Virus record (IMG/VR): IMGVR_UViG_2562617057_000007
Direction: 5' to 3' (one strand)
DNA: 60,252 bases
Source of the DNA: a virus
Lineage: Duplodnaviria > Heunggongvirae > Uroviricota > Caudoviricetes
Positions 9,222 through 21,735 of the stretch are shown piece by piece. The notes beneath the pieces were generated by a model. The model ran no database searches, was not told the DNA's origin, and saw only the letters and a list, made by a program, of their open reading frames with translations. Numbering within the stretch: position 1 is the stretch's first letter; each line of letters begins with the position of its first letter. A program made the position numbers and the translations under genes.

Positions 9222-10592
9222 ATGTCTCAGATGTATATACTCGACCAGTTGAGTGTTGCTCCAAACCGGCGGATTTGGACATTGGTTGACGCCACTACTA
9301 ACTTACCGCTTCTGTTTCCACTTCTCTTTCTCATTGATCGCTTGTCTTTACGTTCCGAATCCACGCAGTCATCTACGCTACAGGCTCTAAAATTTTTTTA
9401 TGAGTACTGGTATCAAAAACATGATGTTACTTTCTGTTTGAGCTTCCATCTGTCTGGATACAATCCTTCGATTGCAATTAGTGAGATTGAAGCATTTCTT
9501 CATTATCTTGAATCAGGAAAGCTTGTGTTGCCTACACTCGGACGCGCTGTAATTAGCAAGCACAATACAAATATTAATCATGTACATGCAGTCTGCCGTT
9601 TTATCAACTATCTGATCAATACTTACGTTTCTCCTCGTTATATGGATGGTACCCCAAAAGAACTTTCTCGTTACGCTTTACAATTATCCAGGCGTTTGTC
9701 GGCCTATCGTTCGGATTTTCGACCCAGCAAGCAAAAGCATTCAAACAAACATTTTAATAGCCTTACAGCAGACATGGTCAGGAAATTTTATGAGATTATT
9801 AGACCAGAATCGTCTTCCAAGCCAAATCCTATTAATCCCTTCCCTACTGGAGAAATTCAATTCAGAAATTATTTAATCTGTCGCCTTCTTTTGAATTATG
9901 GTTTGCGTGTAAGTGAATTGCTTTTGTTAGAAAAAAACTCAATTAAACCTAACATCAAGGGCGTACAGTTCAGTATCATAGTGACGTCTGTAGATGATGA
10001 TGTTAGAGATCCAAGAAAGAGATTACCGTCATTAAAAAACTCATGGGCGCATCGAGTTTTAGCGTTAGACATAAATGATTACAACCACTTAAAAACATAC
10101 ATTGATAAAATAAGGAAAAAAACCTCTCATAGTTTCATATTCACTTCAACTAAAAATAACACTCCACCACTATCGTATCACTCTATATATGATATTTTCT
10201 CAAAAATTGATTGTGCTTTCAAAAAAGAGTACCCGCAATTCAGTGATGAAGAAAGCATTGATTCTGTAGTTAGCATAACCCCACACGTAGCTCGCCATAC
10301 ATGGGCTTATTTGATCTTAAAGAGAGTCTATACTGATAAATATCAGTCTGTTATGAGAAGTTGCCAGCTTGCAGGAGTTGATTTCGCTATTGCAGGTCTG
10401 ATGAGTGAAGCCAAAGATGAGCTCCGTCTTTTAGGTGGATGGAGCCATAATAGCCGCATGCCAGAACTCTATGCCCGCCGTTTTCTTTCTGAGCGAGCTA
10501 ATTTTTCCAATCTCACGCGTATTGCTGCTGATGCCTCAGAAGATGATTTTTTTTCATCTATACATCAAGCGTTTAGGGAAACGACCAAGTGA
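9222..10592 (+). CDS. tyrosine recombinase-like protein 1
   Basis: 456 aa; GLRVSE (box I Arg), HVARHTWA, GGWSH, ELYARRF (catalytic Tyr). Confidence 0.8.
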   Translation: MSQMYILDQLSVAPNRRIWTLVDATTNLPLLFPLLFLIDRLSLRSESTQSSTLQALKFFYEYWYQKHDVTFCLSFHLSGYNPSIAISEIEAFLHYLESGKLVLPTLGRAVISKHNTNINHVHAVCRFINYLINTYVSPRYMDGTPKELSRYALQLSRRLSAYRSDFRPSKQKHSNKHFNSLTADMVRKFYEIIRPESSSKPNPINPFPTGEIQFRNYLICRLLLNYGLRVSELLLLEKNSIKPNIKGVQFSIIVTSVDDDVRDPRKRLPSLKNSWAHRVLALDINDYNHLKTYIDKIRKKTSHSFIFTSTKNNTPPLSYHSIYDIFSKIDCAFKKEYPQFSDEESIDSVVSITPHVARHTWAYLILKRVYTDKYQSVMRSCQLAGVDFAIAGLMSEAKDELRLLGGWSHNSRMPELYARRFLSERANFSNLTRIAADASEDDFFSSIHQAFRETTK

Positions 10593-12139
10593 ATAAAATC
10601 TTAGAGATAGAAAGCGAAGATAAGCATGTCTTTTTTTCACGTGAACAAATGATAAAAATAAAAAGTCTTTACATCCCTTCTAAAATACACTTGAGGTCAG
10701 CTGATGTTTTTGATGACAAGAATATATTTGCAGAGACTAATGATTGGGTGTTCCATTATTCAGGTAGCCAGTCACACATTAATTTCAAAACGGATGATTA
10801 CACCACAAAAATAATGAAGTATATATTATTCCATTATGCATCTTCAAAGTCTCCTGGGACTATATATCGTGTGCATCGTGCATGGATAGGCGCAATTGAA
10901 TATACTTCGAAACAAGGAATGTTTAACTTTCAATTGTTAAGATCTTTCCTTGAAAAGGAAAGTGTATTGCCCACACATTTTTTCTATATTATTTTTGGCC
11001 TTAAAATTCTTTGTATAGATGAATTTCCGGGTTTTACTTTAGATGACTACGAAGACCTTGAATTCATTCCTCGCCCTAATTCAAATGATTGGAGTGTATA
11101 TCAAAACATAGATAATATCTTTGAACCAGTTGAAAAGAACATGATCAGCAAAGGCCTTTTTGAAATGGCTACCGCCATATCACGAGGCAGAAATTACAAT
11201 CTGGTAGATCTTCGCAATGCCACTGTTTTGGGTCTATGTTACGTCACAGGTGGCCGTCCAGTTCAGTTAGCTAAATTGGCTGCTGGTGACTTTCGAATCG
11301 ATACTTGTAATACGACTACAGGGTTGGTTCGTTATAGCGTTCTTTTACCTTATGCTAAACAAAGGCACGTCACTACTGATCGGTTGATTCTGGCGCTCCC
11401 GCCGGAAATCGGTGTACTGGTTAACCATTATATAGATAAAGCAAGATTGTTGCCTACCGATAAGATGTTTGATATGGGGGCATCAGCAACTAAGTTTGTC
11501 TCTCAGTCTATTAGACAAACCATTCTAAACTTCAGCCCCCCTGATTATCAAGATGCCGTTGCTCGCGGAGAAGCCGCTCCCCCATCAATCACGCCAACTG
11601 ATTTACGCCACAACGTTGGTCACTCACTGGCTATGCAAGGAGTAAGTGCCGAAGAGATTGCTCACATTCTTGGTCATTCATCCTTAGTTGTAGCAAAGCA
11701 CTACATCTTGGCGACACCGGCCTTGGCCTTGATACGCGCTAAAGCACTAGGTTCTAACCCCGTGTGGCAAAACATGGTGGCTATGATGATGACAGGGAAG
11801 TTGGTCCCTTCAAAAGAATGGCAAGGTCGACGAGTAGTTGGCATGGTTGGTGATCGATTACACTATGAGATTGGTGGCTGTGCGAGAGGCGATGACGAAT
11901 GCCCTTTCTGTGAAGTCCGTTGCTGCTATGGTTGCTTATATTATCGCCCTTTCCTTGATGGCCAACACCAGGATGTACTAGATAGCATCTTGAAAGAAGT
12001 CGATGAGCTGATAGCTGTGTCAGATAGTGTAGGCAATGCTCACAATCCACTAATTTCTATCCACGAGACGACGCAAATAGAGATCAAGTCAGTGATTGCC
12101 CGTTGTCATTTGCATAACGTCAGAGGTTGTGGGAGATGA
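10589..12139 (+). CDS. tyrosine recombinase-like protein 2
   Basis: 516 aa; GGRPVQ, DLRHNVGHSLA, HILGHSS, KHYI; GTG start overlapping stop of upstream gene. Confidence 0.8.
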   Translation: MNKILEIESEDKHVFFSREQMIKIKSLYIPSKIHLRSADVFDDKNIFAETNDWVFHYSGSQSHINFKTDDYTTKIMKYILFHYASSKSPGTIYRVHRAWIGAIEYTSKQGMFNFQLLRSFLEKESVLPTHFFYIIFGLKILCIDEFPGFTLDDYEDLEFIPRPNSNDWSVYQNIDNIFEPVEKNMISKGLFEMATAISRGRNYNLVDLRNATVLGLCYVTGGRPVQLAKLAAGDFRIDTCNTTTGLVRYSVLLPYAKQRHVTTDRLILALPPEIGVLVNHYIDKARLLPTDKMFDMGASATKFVSQSIRQTILNFSPPDYQDAVARGEAAPPSITPTDLRHNVGHSLAMQGVSAEEIAHILGHSSLVVAKHYILATPALALIRAKALGSNPVWQNMVAMMMTGKLVPSKEWQGRRVVGMVGDRLHYEIGGCARGDDECPFCEVRCCYGCLYYRPFLDGQHQDVLDSILKEVDELIAVSDSVGNAHNPLISIHETTQIEIKSVIARCHLHNVRGCGR

Positions 12140-14498
12140 AAAAAATATAGAGAATTTTGACACTTTTATCGTAGAACAGAAAGCTTGGTTCGAAGAGAAT
12201 CTGGCAGCAGATTTTGCAGAATCATGGGATAGCCTTGTCTGGATATGTGGGAAAAAAGGTTCCGGCTGGTTACGAGGCAATGGTGTTAATGTATTGCGAT
12301 TTGATGAGATTAACCGGCTAAAAGGAATCGATGAACACTATACTGTATCCGATACTTATCAGTTGTTTATGAAAGCCATGCTGGTACTCGTCTATCGAGG
12401 CAGAAATCGCAGCATCTCCCCTGCGGTTGCTATTGCAACTCTGATTATTTTGAAACGCTGGTACTGTGCGCTGATTAAATTAACCGGGCAGACTCATCCC
12501 ATCTATCTGGCTACAGATGTTGTTCGTAGTGCAATGGATACTATGAGTGCAGCATCCAAGCCAGGTGATCCTAACATAGCCAACTACAAGGGGCGTTGCG
12601 TTAAGATTCAAAAATTAGTAAATCATCATGCTTTCACATTGGTAACTCTACATTATGTGTCCGACGAAAATTACACTAACCGGACCAATTTGACCCAGAA
12701 AGCCCGGGAAACAATAGCCCTTAAACACAAGGACAGGCTCGATGATACAGTCACTGATGGTGAAGATGCACTTATTACAATTCGAGGATTCCTCAATATC
12801 GTGTCACTTATCCAGCGTGTAGAAAACGGCACTGAAAAGATAGCGCTCAATTGCCTTCTGCTACTCATCATCACGGGTTTTCGGTCCATTGAAGCATTCA
12901 ATCTCAGGCTGGATGCGTTGGTCAAACGAAAGATAGATAACGCTGATATCAGCAGACGTCTACGCGATAAAGGGTTGCCGGATTATTTTCTTGGCATTCG
13001 CTATGTTGGTGTTAAGGGAGCTGGTGAGCGAACACATTGGGTCGAACCCTTAGCTGTTCCTTTAGTTGAAAACATATTCAAATCGGTTAAGTCACTAACA
13101 TGTGAGTTACGAAAGCATCTCATAAACTTACGTTTAAAAGGATTTGCTGATTATTTACCGGAGGCGATCAGTGATATTGCAGGTGAACTTGTTGAACTTG
13201 ATGATATTGTAGAACACATAGCCCAATCCTCATCAGAGCTTCGGGGGCGTGCGGGATTACGTGATAAAGCATCAAAAGCGTTAGCGAAACGAGGCTGTAT
13301 TCCGACTGAAGTCATTCTTTTTCCAGGTAATGAAAAAAGGAAATATTATTCAAAATCAGACCTTAGTCTTTACCTTAAAAATGAATTTGGTGATAGCAGC
13401 GCAAATACTCCCTGTACTCACTCATGGGTAGAAAACGGCAAAAGATTTGAGATTATGTATGAGGATTTATTGTTCCTTTACCCCAAAGGGTCTATGACGT
13501 TAAAGAGAGCATTGGGGCTAAAAGCAACACCTTTACCACTGAGTAATGCTGGCGTAAACAAGTTTCTCGGTAACGTTGACGGCTATGCTTCAGTCTTCAG
13601 TAAATACAGGCTACTCGAAGATGACGGTCGTCCTACCCAGCTTCGCACTCATATTCCTCGTCACAATATAAACACTTTTCTCGCTATTGCTGAAATTTCA
13701 GACCACTTACAAGCCATGTTGATGGGGCGTGTTGATATTACTCAAAATAAACATTACCAGCATCTGGCTCTTAAGGAGCGCCGAAAGGCTGCTTCTCTTA
13801 TTCCGTTAGTTCCGATCATACAGGAGCAGACAACACCAATTACTATTGACGCTGATACACCGCTCGATGTGGTAAAACAAAGTGGTATGATGATATTTAG
13901 CAGTACGAAGAATCTGGAAACCAACATAAAGGCGAACCTACATACCTTCGATAATCGTGACGATGTTGCAGGATTCATTGAGGCGTCGTTAGACGATGGA
14001 TTATTCGAAGACATAGCCGCTGCGTTCGAAGATATTAGTAAAAATGAAGGGCCATCGCAAGCGACTGAAATGGTGCATAGGCACGCGGTGCTGCATCCAT
14101 TGAAATTGGGCTCCTGCATGAGAGACGTAAACTTGTGGGGATGCCCTTATCGAATGAAGTGTCAGGCATTGAAGCCCTGTGAGCATTTCACGTTAACAGG
14201 TCGTATTGATGAATACTCCACAATTGAAGCCAAAGGTCGTGCATTAAACGAGGCTACGTTTGCTTTTGAACAGTATACCGCGACCTTTCCGGGTAACCAG
14301 CTAATGCAGGGCAATATCGAAGAAAATCTAGCACAACTAGATGCCTTAACTAAGCAATTACGCAGCCGCTCAAACTCGCTGGAAGCAATCCCCTCTCAGG
14401 TGGTCCTGTCCGGAGAGATAAAAGTAGAAGGTGAAATTCGTACTCTGGCTCAACTATTTGCCCTCGAGTACCAAAAAATCAAACAAGGAGAAGACTGA
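12096..14498 (+). CDS. tyrosine recombinase-like protein 3 (large, 800 aa)
   Basis: TGFRSIE, IPRHNINTFLA, MGRVDITQNKHYQH motifs; start uncertain (ATG 12096 or GTG 12129). Confidence 0.75.
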   Translation: MPVVICITSEVVGDEKNIENFDTFIVEQKAWFEENLAADFAESWDSLVWICGKKGSGWLRGNGVNVLRFDEINRLKGIDEHYTVSDTYQLFMKAMLVLVYRGRNRSISPAVAIATLIILKRWYCALIKLTGQTHPIYLATDVVRSAMDTMSAASKPGDPNIANYKGRCVKIQKLVNHHAFTLVTLHYVSDENYTNRTNLTQKARETIALKHKDRLDDTVTDGEDALITIRGFLNIVSLIQRVENGTEKIALNCLLLLIITGFRSIEAFNLRLDALVKRKIDNADISRRLRDKGLPDYFLGIRYVGVKGAGERTHWVEPLAVPLVENIFKSVKSLTCELRKHLINLRLKGFADYLPEAISDIAGELVELDDIVEHIAQSSSELRGRAGLRDKASKALAKRGCIPTEVILFPGNEKRKYYSKSDLSLYLKNEFGDSSANTPCTHSWVENGKRFEIMYEDLLFLYPKGSMTLKRALGLKATPLPLSNAGVNKFLGNVDGYASVFSKYRLLEDDGRPTQLRTHIPRHNINTFLAIAEISDHLQAMLMGRVDITQNKHYQHLALKERRKAASLIPLVPIIQEQTTPITIDADTPLDVVKQSGMMIFSSTKNLETNIKANLHTFDNRDDVAGFIEASLDDGLFEDIAAAFEDISKNEGPSQATEMVHRHAVLHPLKLGSCMRDVNLWGCPYRMKCQALKPCEHFTLTGRIDEYSTIEAKGRALNEATFAFEQYTATFPGNQLMQGNIEENLAQLDALTKQLRSRSNSLEAIPSQVVLSGEIKVEGEIRTLAQLFALEYQKIKQGED

Positions 14499-14941
14499 TG
14501 CGGGGTAAAGAATTGGATACTCAGATTGAGCATGAGCTCCAGCTGATGTTGATTGAAGGGTTTGATAAATCGCCAATTTCAGCTAAAAGCTTACACGCCA
14601 GACTTAAGTCAAAAGGCATCATCAATGGCGGCTTAAGTACATTAAGTAGCATTGAACGAAAACGTCTTATTGCAGCCTATGTCGATCAACAGCTATCTCC
14701 CCTAAATCTTCGCCCCAAAGAAAAGCAGCAGTATGTGAATCGTAAGACCCGTCAGGCTTTGCTTGGTCGTAATCAGCAGCTTCAGGAAGAGAACAAAGAG
14801 CTGCGCGAACAGCTAGCACAGAATACCTTGTCATTAATTGAAATTGTCAAAGCGGTAAAAATCAATACGGTTATACCGGTAGAAAGCCTTCTTGCTCCGC
14901 ACTTGATCATGGAGCTACACGAAAGGAAAAAAAATCAATGA
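14498..14941 (+). CDS. small coiled-coil protein, fourth gene of recombinase operon
   Basis: 147 aa; ATG overlaps TGA of upstream gene (TGATG); heptad-like QQLQEENKELREQLAQN segment. Confidence 0.6.
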   Translation: MRGKELDTQIEHELQLMLIEGFDKSPISAKSLHARLKSKGIINGGLSTLSSIERKRLIAAYVDQQLSPLNLRPKEKQQYVNRKTRQALLGRNQQLQEENKELREQLAQNTLSLIEIVKAVKINTVIPVESLLAPHLIMELHERKKNQ

Positions 14942-14971
14942 TAGGTATAGCGCTATATTTGTACAACAAAG

Positions 14972-15166
14972 TCATGAATAAACGCCTTGCTCTATTCGAA
15001 AAATGAGCATGGCAACTTTCAATACCCCCTCTTCTGAGTCCATTATTTCAGAGGGCATTTTCCACTGTAATGCTCTGTTTGGTTCATTGCACCAGTTTAA
15101 TGCTGCACTTTCGTTACCTTCAAAAAGATCAATAGCCTTTTGTATAACATCATTTTTTGTCAGCAT
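14972..15166 (-). CDS. DUF2384-like antitoxin C-terminal domain (Xre/MbcA/ParS type)
   Basis: ends with ...ALQWKMPSEIMDSEEGVLKVAMLIFRIEQGVYS, matching the DUF2384 RIExGVY signature; overlaps upstream HTH ORF in a different frame. Confidence 0.6.
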   Translation of the reverse strand: MLTKNDVIQKAIDLFEGNESAALNWCNEPNRALQWKMPSEIMDSEEGVLKVAMLIFRIEQGVYS

Positions 15167-15482
15167 ATTTTACACCTGAAGACGTTTTTAGTGCTTCGAT
15201 AAGGTTACTTCGCTCTTCCTCTGTCATTCGGGAGATGAGTAATGCAAGTTCTGCTGTTGTCTGATCATCACAAAAAAAATAGTTCAACGGTACGTTTAAC
15301 TCTGCCGCCATTCGTCGAAGCGTATCAATATCGGGGACATGGCGTCCTTTCTCATAATGATTCATACGACTGCTAGCCGATGCGGGATCAAAGCCAACAA
15401 GGAGACCCAGAGAGCGCTGTGATAAACCCGCCCTGCATCTCGCTTCCTTAAGTCGTTCTGGTATTGGATTTTTTTCAGACAC
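15150..15482 (-). CDS. HTH XRE-family DNA-binding protein
   Basis: IPERLKEARCRAGLSQRSLGLLVGFDPASASSRMNHYEKGRHVPDIDTLRRMAAELNVPLNYFF is a canonical Cro/C1-type HTH. Confidence 0.7.
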   Translation of the reverse strand: MSEKNPIPERLKEARCRAGLSQRSLGLLVGFDPASASSRMNHYEKGRHVPDIDTLRRMAAELNVPLNYFFCDDQTTAELALLISRMTEEERSNLIEALKTSSGVKYADKK

Positions 15483-15869
15483 TGATTCATCTTCATTGGC
15501 CTCGAATGCTTAGATTGTCTAAGTATCTGTCATTGTTGTATACTTAGCAATCCTAAGTTAACAGCCTTGTTTTGTCATATGAATAGTCGAGTAACCAACC
15601 CTGAGTCGTACATATTTTCTGCAATCATCTTAATTGGCAAAGATAACTTCACCAGTAACGAAGTAGCAAAAATTCTTATCGAGCGATTTTCACTTCCGAA
15701 AAATTATTTAAAGGCAAAAGCTTTTGCTTATAACCAAATTCAATCCCTGGTTAGAAAAGGATTATTAAACAAAGTAAGAAAAACGTAACCGTCTCATTTA
15801 AACCGTCTTTCGCCTCCCTTTCCTGTTTCCGATACTAATGTCCATTTTCGCAGTAAAGGGACATTTAAG

Positions 15870-16511
15870 ATGAATGCACGAAAAGCGGTACTGGCAGACA
15901 ATCCGGAATTGATCCTGCGTGTGCTACAACTGAGATTTGACGAGTCACTGTCGTACCCGCGCATTTCTGCGCAGACCGGTATCAGCAAAACCGCCATTTT
16001 TTCTCTGGTGAGGCGATTTCACCAGGTATTCACTGACTGGCCTCTTTCCGGGGAATATTCCTGCGTGCAACTGGCCCGGGCTTTGTTCCCGGGGCGATAC
16101 CCTTCAGCCCCGACAGTAACTCAGACTGTGAAAACAGAGAAAAACCGCCGGAACCGATTTTCACCGGAGTTTAAATGGAGACTTGTTCAGCAAACTCTTT
16201 TACCCGGTGCCTGTGTCGCACAAATAGCTCGTGAGAACGGAATCAACGATAACCTGCTCTTTAACTGGCGGCATCTCTGGCGTAACGGCGGCCTGCAGCC
16301 GACCGGCGAACATGAAACATCGCTACTTCCCGTGACGTTAACTCCGGAGCCGGATAATAAAATCCCGGCACCAGTGCAGATACCTGAACAGATGCCCGAC
16401 AGTCTGTGCTGTGAGCTGGTTCTGCCGGCCGGAACTCTCAGGCTGAAAGGTGAACTGACACCGGCGTTATTACAGACACTTATCCGCGAAATGAAAGGGA
16501 GCAGCCACTGA
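15870..16511 (+). CDS. IS66-family accessory protein OrfA (copy 1)
   Basis: 213 aa, identical to 20728..21369. Confidence 0.8.
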   Translation: MNARKAVLADNPELILRVLQLRFDESLSYPRISAQTGISKTAIFSLVRRFHQVFTDWPLSGEYSCVQLARALFPGRYPSAPTVTQTVKTEKNRRNRFSPEFKWRLVQQTLLPGACVAQIARENGINDNLLFNWRHLWRNGGLQPTGEHETSLLPVTLTPEPDNKIPAPVQIPEQMPDSLCCELVLPAGTLRLKGELTPALLQTLIREMKGSSH

Positions 16512-16612
16512 TGTCAGCGCCAGTGATATAAGACGGTAATTCGCCATTTGGATTGTCCGCTCCACCCAACATGTTGTTTCCTTAAGGTTCTCACACCAGA
16601 AAGGACATCAAC

Positions 16613-18582
<1,970 letters not shown>

Positions 18583-18644
18583 CGAAAGTATTTAGCGGGC
18601 ATGAAAATGGCAAATAACGGTCAAACATCGTGGCGTTGACACTG

Positions 18645-18992
18645 ATGATATCTCTCCCTGCCGGTTCGCGTATCTGGCTGGTTGCCGGTATCACCGACAT
18701 GCGAAATGGTTTTAACGGCCTGGCATCAAAAGTTCAGAACGTCCTGAAGGATGACCCGTTCTCCGGGCATCTGTTCATCTTCCGCGGACGCCGGGGTGAC
18801 CAGATAAAAGTGTTGTGGGCTGACAGTGACGGACTGTGCCTCTTCACCAAACGCCTGGAGCGGGGCCGCTTCGTCTGGCCGGTTACCCGTGACGGCAAGG
18901 TGCACCTTACTCCGGCTCAGTTATCTATGCTTCTTGAAGGTATCAACTGGAAGCACCCGAAACGAACGGAACGCGCTGGCATCCGCATATAA
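18645..18992 (+). CDS. IS66-family OrfB (copy 1)
   Basis: MISLPAGSRIWLVAG..., identical to 21369..21716; separated from orfA by the IS21 insertion. Confidence 0.8.
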   Translation: MISLPAGSRIWLVAGITDMRNGFNGLASKVQNVLKDDPFSGHLFIFRGRRGDQIKVLWADSDGLCLFTKRLERGRFVWPVTRDGKVHLTPAQLSMLLEGINWKHPKRTERAGIRI

Positions 18993-19011
18993 CCCGTTGT
19001 AAAGTGAGGAT

Positions 19012-20583
19012 ATGGACACCTCACTTGCTCATGAGAATGCCCGCCTGCGGGCACTGTTGCAGACGCAACAGGACACCATCCGCCAGATGGCGAAATACAA
19101 CCGCCTGCTCTCACAGCGGGTGGCGGCTTATGCTTCCGAAATCAACCGGCTGAAGGCGCTGGTTGCGAAACTGCAGCGCATGCAGTTCGGTAAAAGCTCA
19201 GAAAAACTTCGCGCTAAAACCGAACGACAGATACAGGAAGCACAGGAGCGAATCAGCGCACTTCAGGAAGAAATGGCGGAAACGCTGGGTGAGCAATATG
19301 ACCCGGTACTGCCATCCGCCCTGCGCCAGTCTTCAGCCCGTAAACCGTTACCGACCTCACTTCCCCGTGAAACCCGGGTCATCCGGCCGGAAGAGGAATG
19401 CTGTCCGGCCTGTGGTGGTGACCTCAGTCCTCTGGGGTGTGATGTGTCAGAGCAACTGGAGCTTATCAGCAGCGCTTTTAAGGTTATCGAAACACAACGT
19501 CCGAAACTGGCCTGTTGCCGGTGCGACCATATCGTGCAGGCACCAGTACCTTCAAAACCCATTGCACGCAGTTATGCCGGAGCGGGGCTTCTGGCTCATA
19601 TCGTCACCGGGAAGTATGCAGACCATCTGCCGTTATACCGCCAGTCAGAAATATACCGTCGTCAGGGCGTGGAACTGAGCCGCGCCACGCTGGGGCGCTG
19701 GACCGGTGCCGTTGCTGAACTGCTGGAGCCGCTGTATGACGTGCTGCGCCAGTATGTACTGATGCCCGGTAAAGTCCATGCGGATGATATCCCCGTTCCG
19801 GTCCAGGAGCCGGGCAGTGGTAAAACAAGAACTGCCCGGCTGTGGGTCTATGTCCGTGATGACCGTAACGCCGGTTCACAGATGCCCCCGGCGGTCTGGT
19901 TCGCGTACAGCCCGGACCGGAAAGGTATCCATCCACAAAATCACCTGGCCGGTTACAGCGGTGTGCTTCAGGCCGATGCTTACGGTGGTTACCGGGTGTT
20001 ATACGAATCCGGCAGAATAACGGAAGCCGCGTGTATGGCTCATGCCCGGAGAAAAATCCACGATGTGCATGCAAGAGTGCCCACCGACATCACCACGGAA
20101 GCCCTGCAGCGTATCGGTGAACTGTATGCCATCGAGGCAGAGGTCCGGGGCTGTTCAGCAGAACAGCGTCTGGCGGCAAGAAAAGCCAGAGCCGCGCCAC
20201 TGATGCAGTCACTGTATGACTGGATACAGCAACAGATGAAAACACTGTCGCGTCACTCGGATACGGCAAAAGCGTTCGCATACCTGCTGAAACAGTGGGA
20301 TGCACTGAACGTGTACTGCAGTAATGGCTGGGTGGAAATCGACAACAACATTGCAGAGAACGCCTTACGGGGAGTGGCCGTAGGCCGGAAAAACTGGCTC
20401 TTCGCGGGTTCTGACAGCGGTGGTGAACATGCTGCGGTGTTGTACTCGCTGATCGGCACATGCCGTCTGAACAATGTGGAGCCAGAAAAGTGGCTGCGTT
20501 ACGTCATTGAACATATCCAGGACTGGCCGGCAAACCGGGTACGCGATCTGTTGCCCTGGAAAGTTGATCTGAGCTCTCAGTAA
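19012..20583 (+). CDS. IS66-family transposase OrfC (copy 1)
   Basis: 523 aa, N-terminal leucine-zipper-like region, Cys cluster CPACGG...CCRCDH, identical to copy 2. Confidence 0.85.
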   Translation: MDTSLAHENARLRALLQTQQDTIRQMAKYNRLLSQRVAAYASEINRLKALVAKLQRMQFGKSSEKLRAKTERQIQEAQERISALQEEMAETLGEQYDPVLPSALRQSSARKPLPTSLPRETRVIRPEEECCPACGGDLSPLGCDVSEQLELISSAFKVIETQRPKLACCRCDHIVQAPVPSKPIARSYAGAGLLAHIVTGKYADHLPLYRQSEIYRRQGVELSRATLGRWTGAVAELLEPLYDVLRQYVLMPGKVHADDIPVPVQEPGSGKTRTARLWVYVRDDRNAGSQMPPAVWFAYSPDRKGIHPQNHLAGYSGVLQADAYGGYRVLYESGRITEAACMAHARRKIHDVHARVPTDITTEALQRIGELYAIEAEVRGCSAEQRLAARKARAAPLMQSLYDWIQQQMKTLSRHSDTAKAFAYLLKQWDALNVYCSNGWVEIDNNIAENALRGVAVGRKNWLFAGSDSGGEHAAVLYSLIGTCRLNNVEPEKWLRYVIEHIQDWPANRVRDLLPWKVDLSSQ

Positions 20584-20727
20584 ATATCAATACGGTTCTG
20601 GCGAGCCGCTTACGAAAAACAGGCGTGTATCAATATTTATACGTAACCGTCTCATTTAAACCGTCTTTCGCCTCCCTTTCCTGTTTCCGATACTAATGTC
20701 CATTTTCGCAGTAAAGGGACATTTAAG

Positions 20728-21369
20728 ATGAATGCACGAAAAGCGGTACTGGCAGACAATCCGGAATTGATCCTGCGTGTGCTACAACTGAGATTTGACG
20801 AGTCACTGTCGTACCCGCGCATTTCTGCGCAGACCGGTATCAGCAAAACCGCCATTTTTTCTCTGGTGAGGCGATTTCACCAGGTATTCACTGACTGGCC
20901 TCTTTCCGGGGAATATTCCTGCGTGCAACTGGCCCGGGCTTTGTTCCCGGGGCGATACCCTTCAGCCCCGACAGTAACTCAGACTGTGAAAACAGAGAAA
21001 AACCGCCGGAACCGATTTTCACCGGAGTTTAAATGGAGACTTGTTCAGCAAACTCTTTTACCCGGTGCCTGTGTCGCACAAATAGCTCGTGAGAACGGAA
21101 TCAACGATAACCTGCTCTTTAACTGGCGGCATCTCTGGCGTAACGGCGGCCTGCAGCCGACCGGCGAACATGAAACATCGCTACTTCCCGTGACGTTAAC
21201 TCCGGAGCCGGATAATAAAATCCCGGCACCAGTGCAGATACCTGAACAGATGCCCGACAGTCTGTGCTGTGAGCTGGTTCTGCCGGCCGGAACTCTCAGG
21301 CTGAAAGGTGAACTGACACCGGCGTTATTACAGACACTTATCCGCGAAATGAAAGGGAGCAGCCACTGA
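20728..21369 (+). CDS. IS66-family accessory protein OrfA (copy 2)
   Basis: 213 aa; stop overlaps orfB start (TGATG). Confidence 0.8.
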   Translation: MNARKAVLADNPELILRVLQLRFDESLSYPRISAQTGISKTAIFSLVRRFHQVFTDWPLSGEYSCVQLARALFPGRYPSAPTVTQTVKTEKNRRNRFSPEFKWRLVQQTLLPGACVAQIARENGINDNLLFNWRHLWRNGGLQPTGEHETSLLPVTLTPEPDNKIPAPVQIPEQMPDSLCCELVLPAGTLRLKGELTPALLQTLIREMKGSSH

Positions 21370-21716
21370 TGATATCTCTCCCTGCCGGTTCGCGTATCTG
21401 GCTGGTTGCCGGTATCACCGACATGCGAAATGGTTTTAACGGCCTGGCATCAAAAGTTCAGAACGTCCTGAAGGATGACCCGTTCTCCGGGCATCTGTTC
21501 ATCTTCCGCGGACGCCGGGGTGACCAGATAAAAGTGTTGTGGGCTGACAGTGACGGACTGTGCCTCTTCACCAAACGCCTGGAGCGGGGCCGCTTCGTCT
21601 GGCCGGTTACCCGTGACGGCAAGGTGCACCTTACTCCGGCTCAGTTATCTATGCTTCTTGAAGGTATCAACTGGAAGCACCCGAAACGAACGGAACGCGC
21701 TGGCATCCGCATATAA
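21369..21716 (+). CDS. IS66-family OrfB (copy 2)
   Basis: 115 aa. Confidence 0.8.
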   Translation: MISLPAGSRIWLVAGITDMRNGFNGLASKVQNVLKDDPFSGHLFIFRGRRGDQIKVLWADSDGLCLFTKRLERGRFVWPVTRDGKVHLTPAQLSMLLEGINWKHPKRTERAGIRI

Positions 21717-21735
21717 CCCGTTGTAAAGTGAGGAT

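Larger units (their letters stand above)
9222..14941 (+). mobile_element. three-tyrosine-recombinase operon plus small fourth gene (GInt ginABCD-like / Tn554 tnpABC-like recombination module)
   Basis: four translationally coupled genes; the first three each carry R...HxxR...H...Y recombinase motifs; lower GC than flanking phage genes. Confidence 0.55.

Noticed and set aside
19163-20474. Several ORFs of 67..171 aa on both strands within IS66 orfC (repeated at 21887..23198)
   Set aside because: Alternate-frame and antisense artefacts of a GC-rich transposase gene; Arg/Ser/Pro-rich low-complexity translations.
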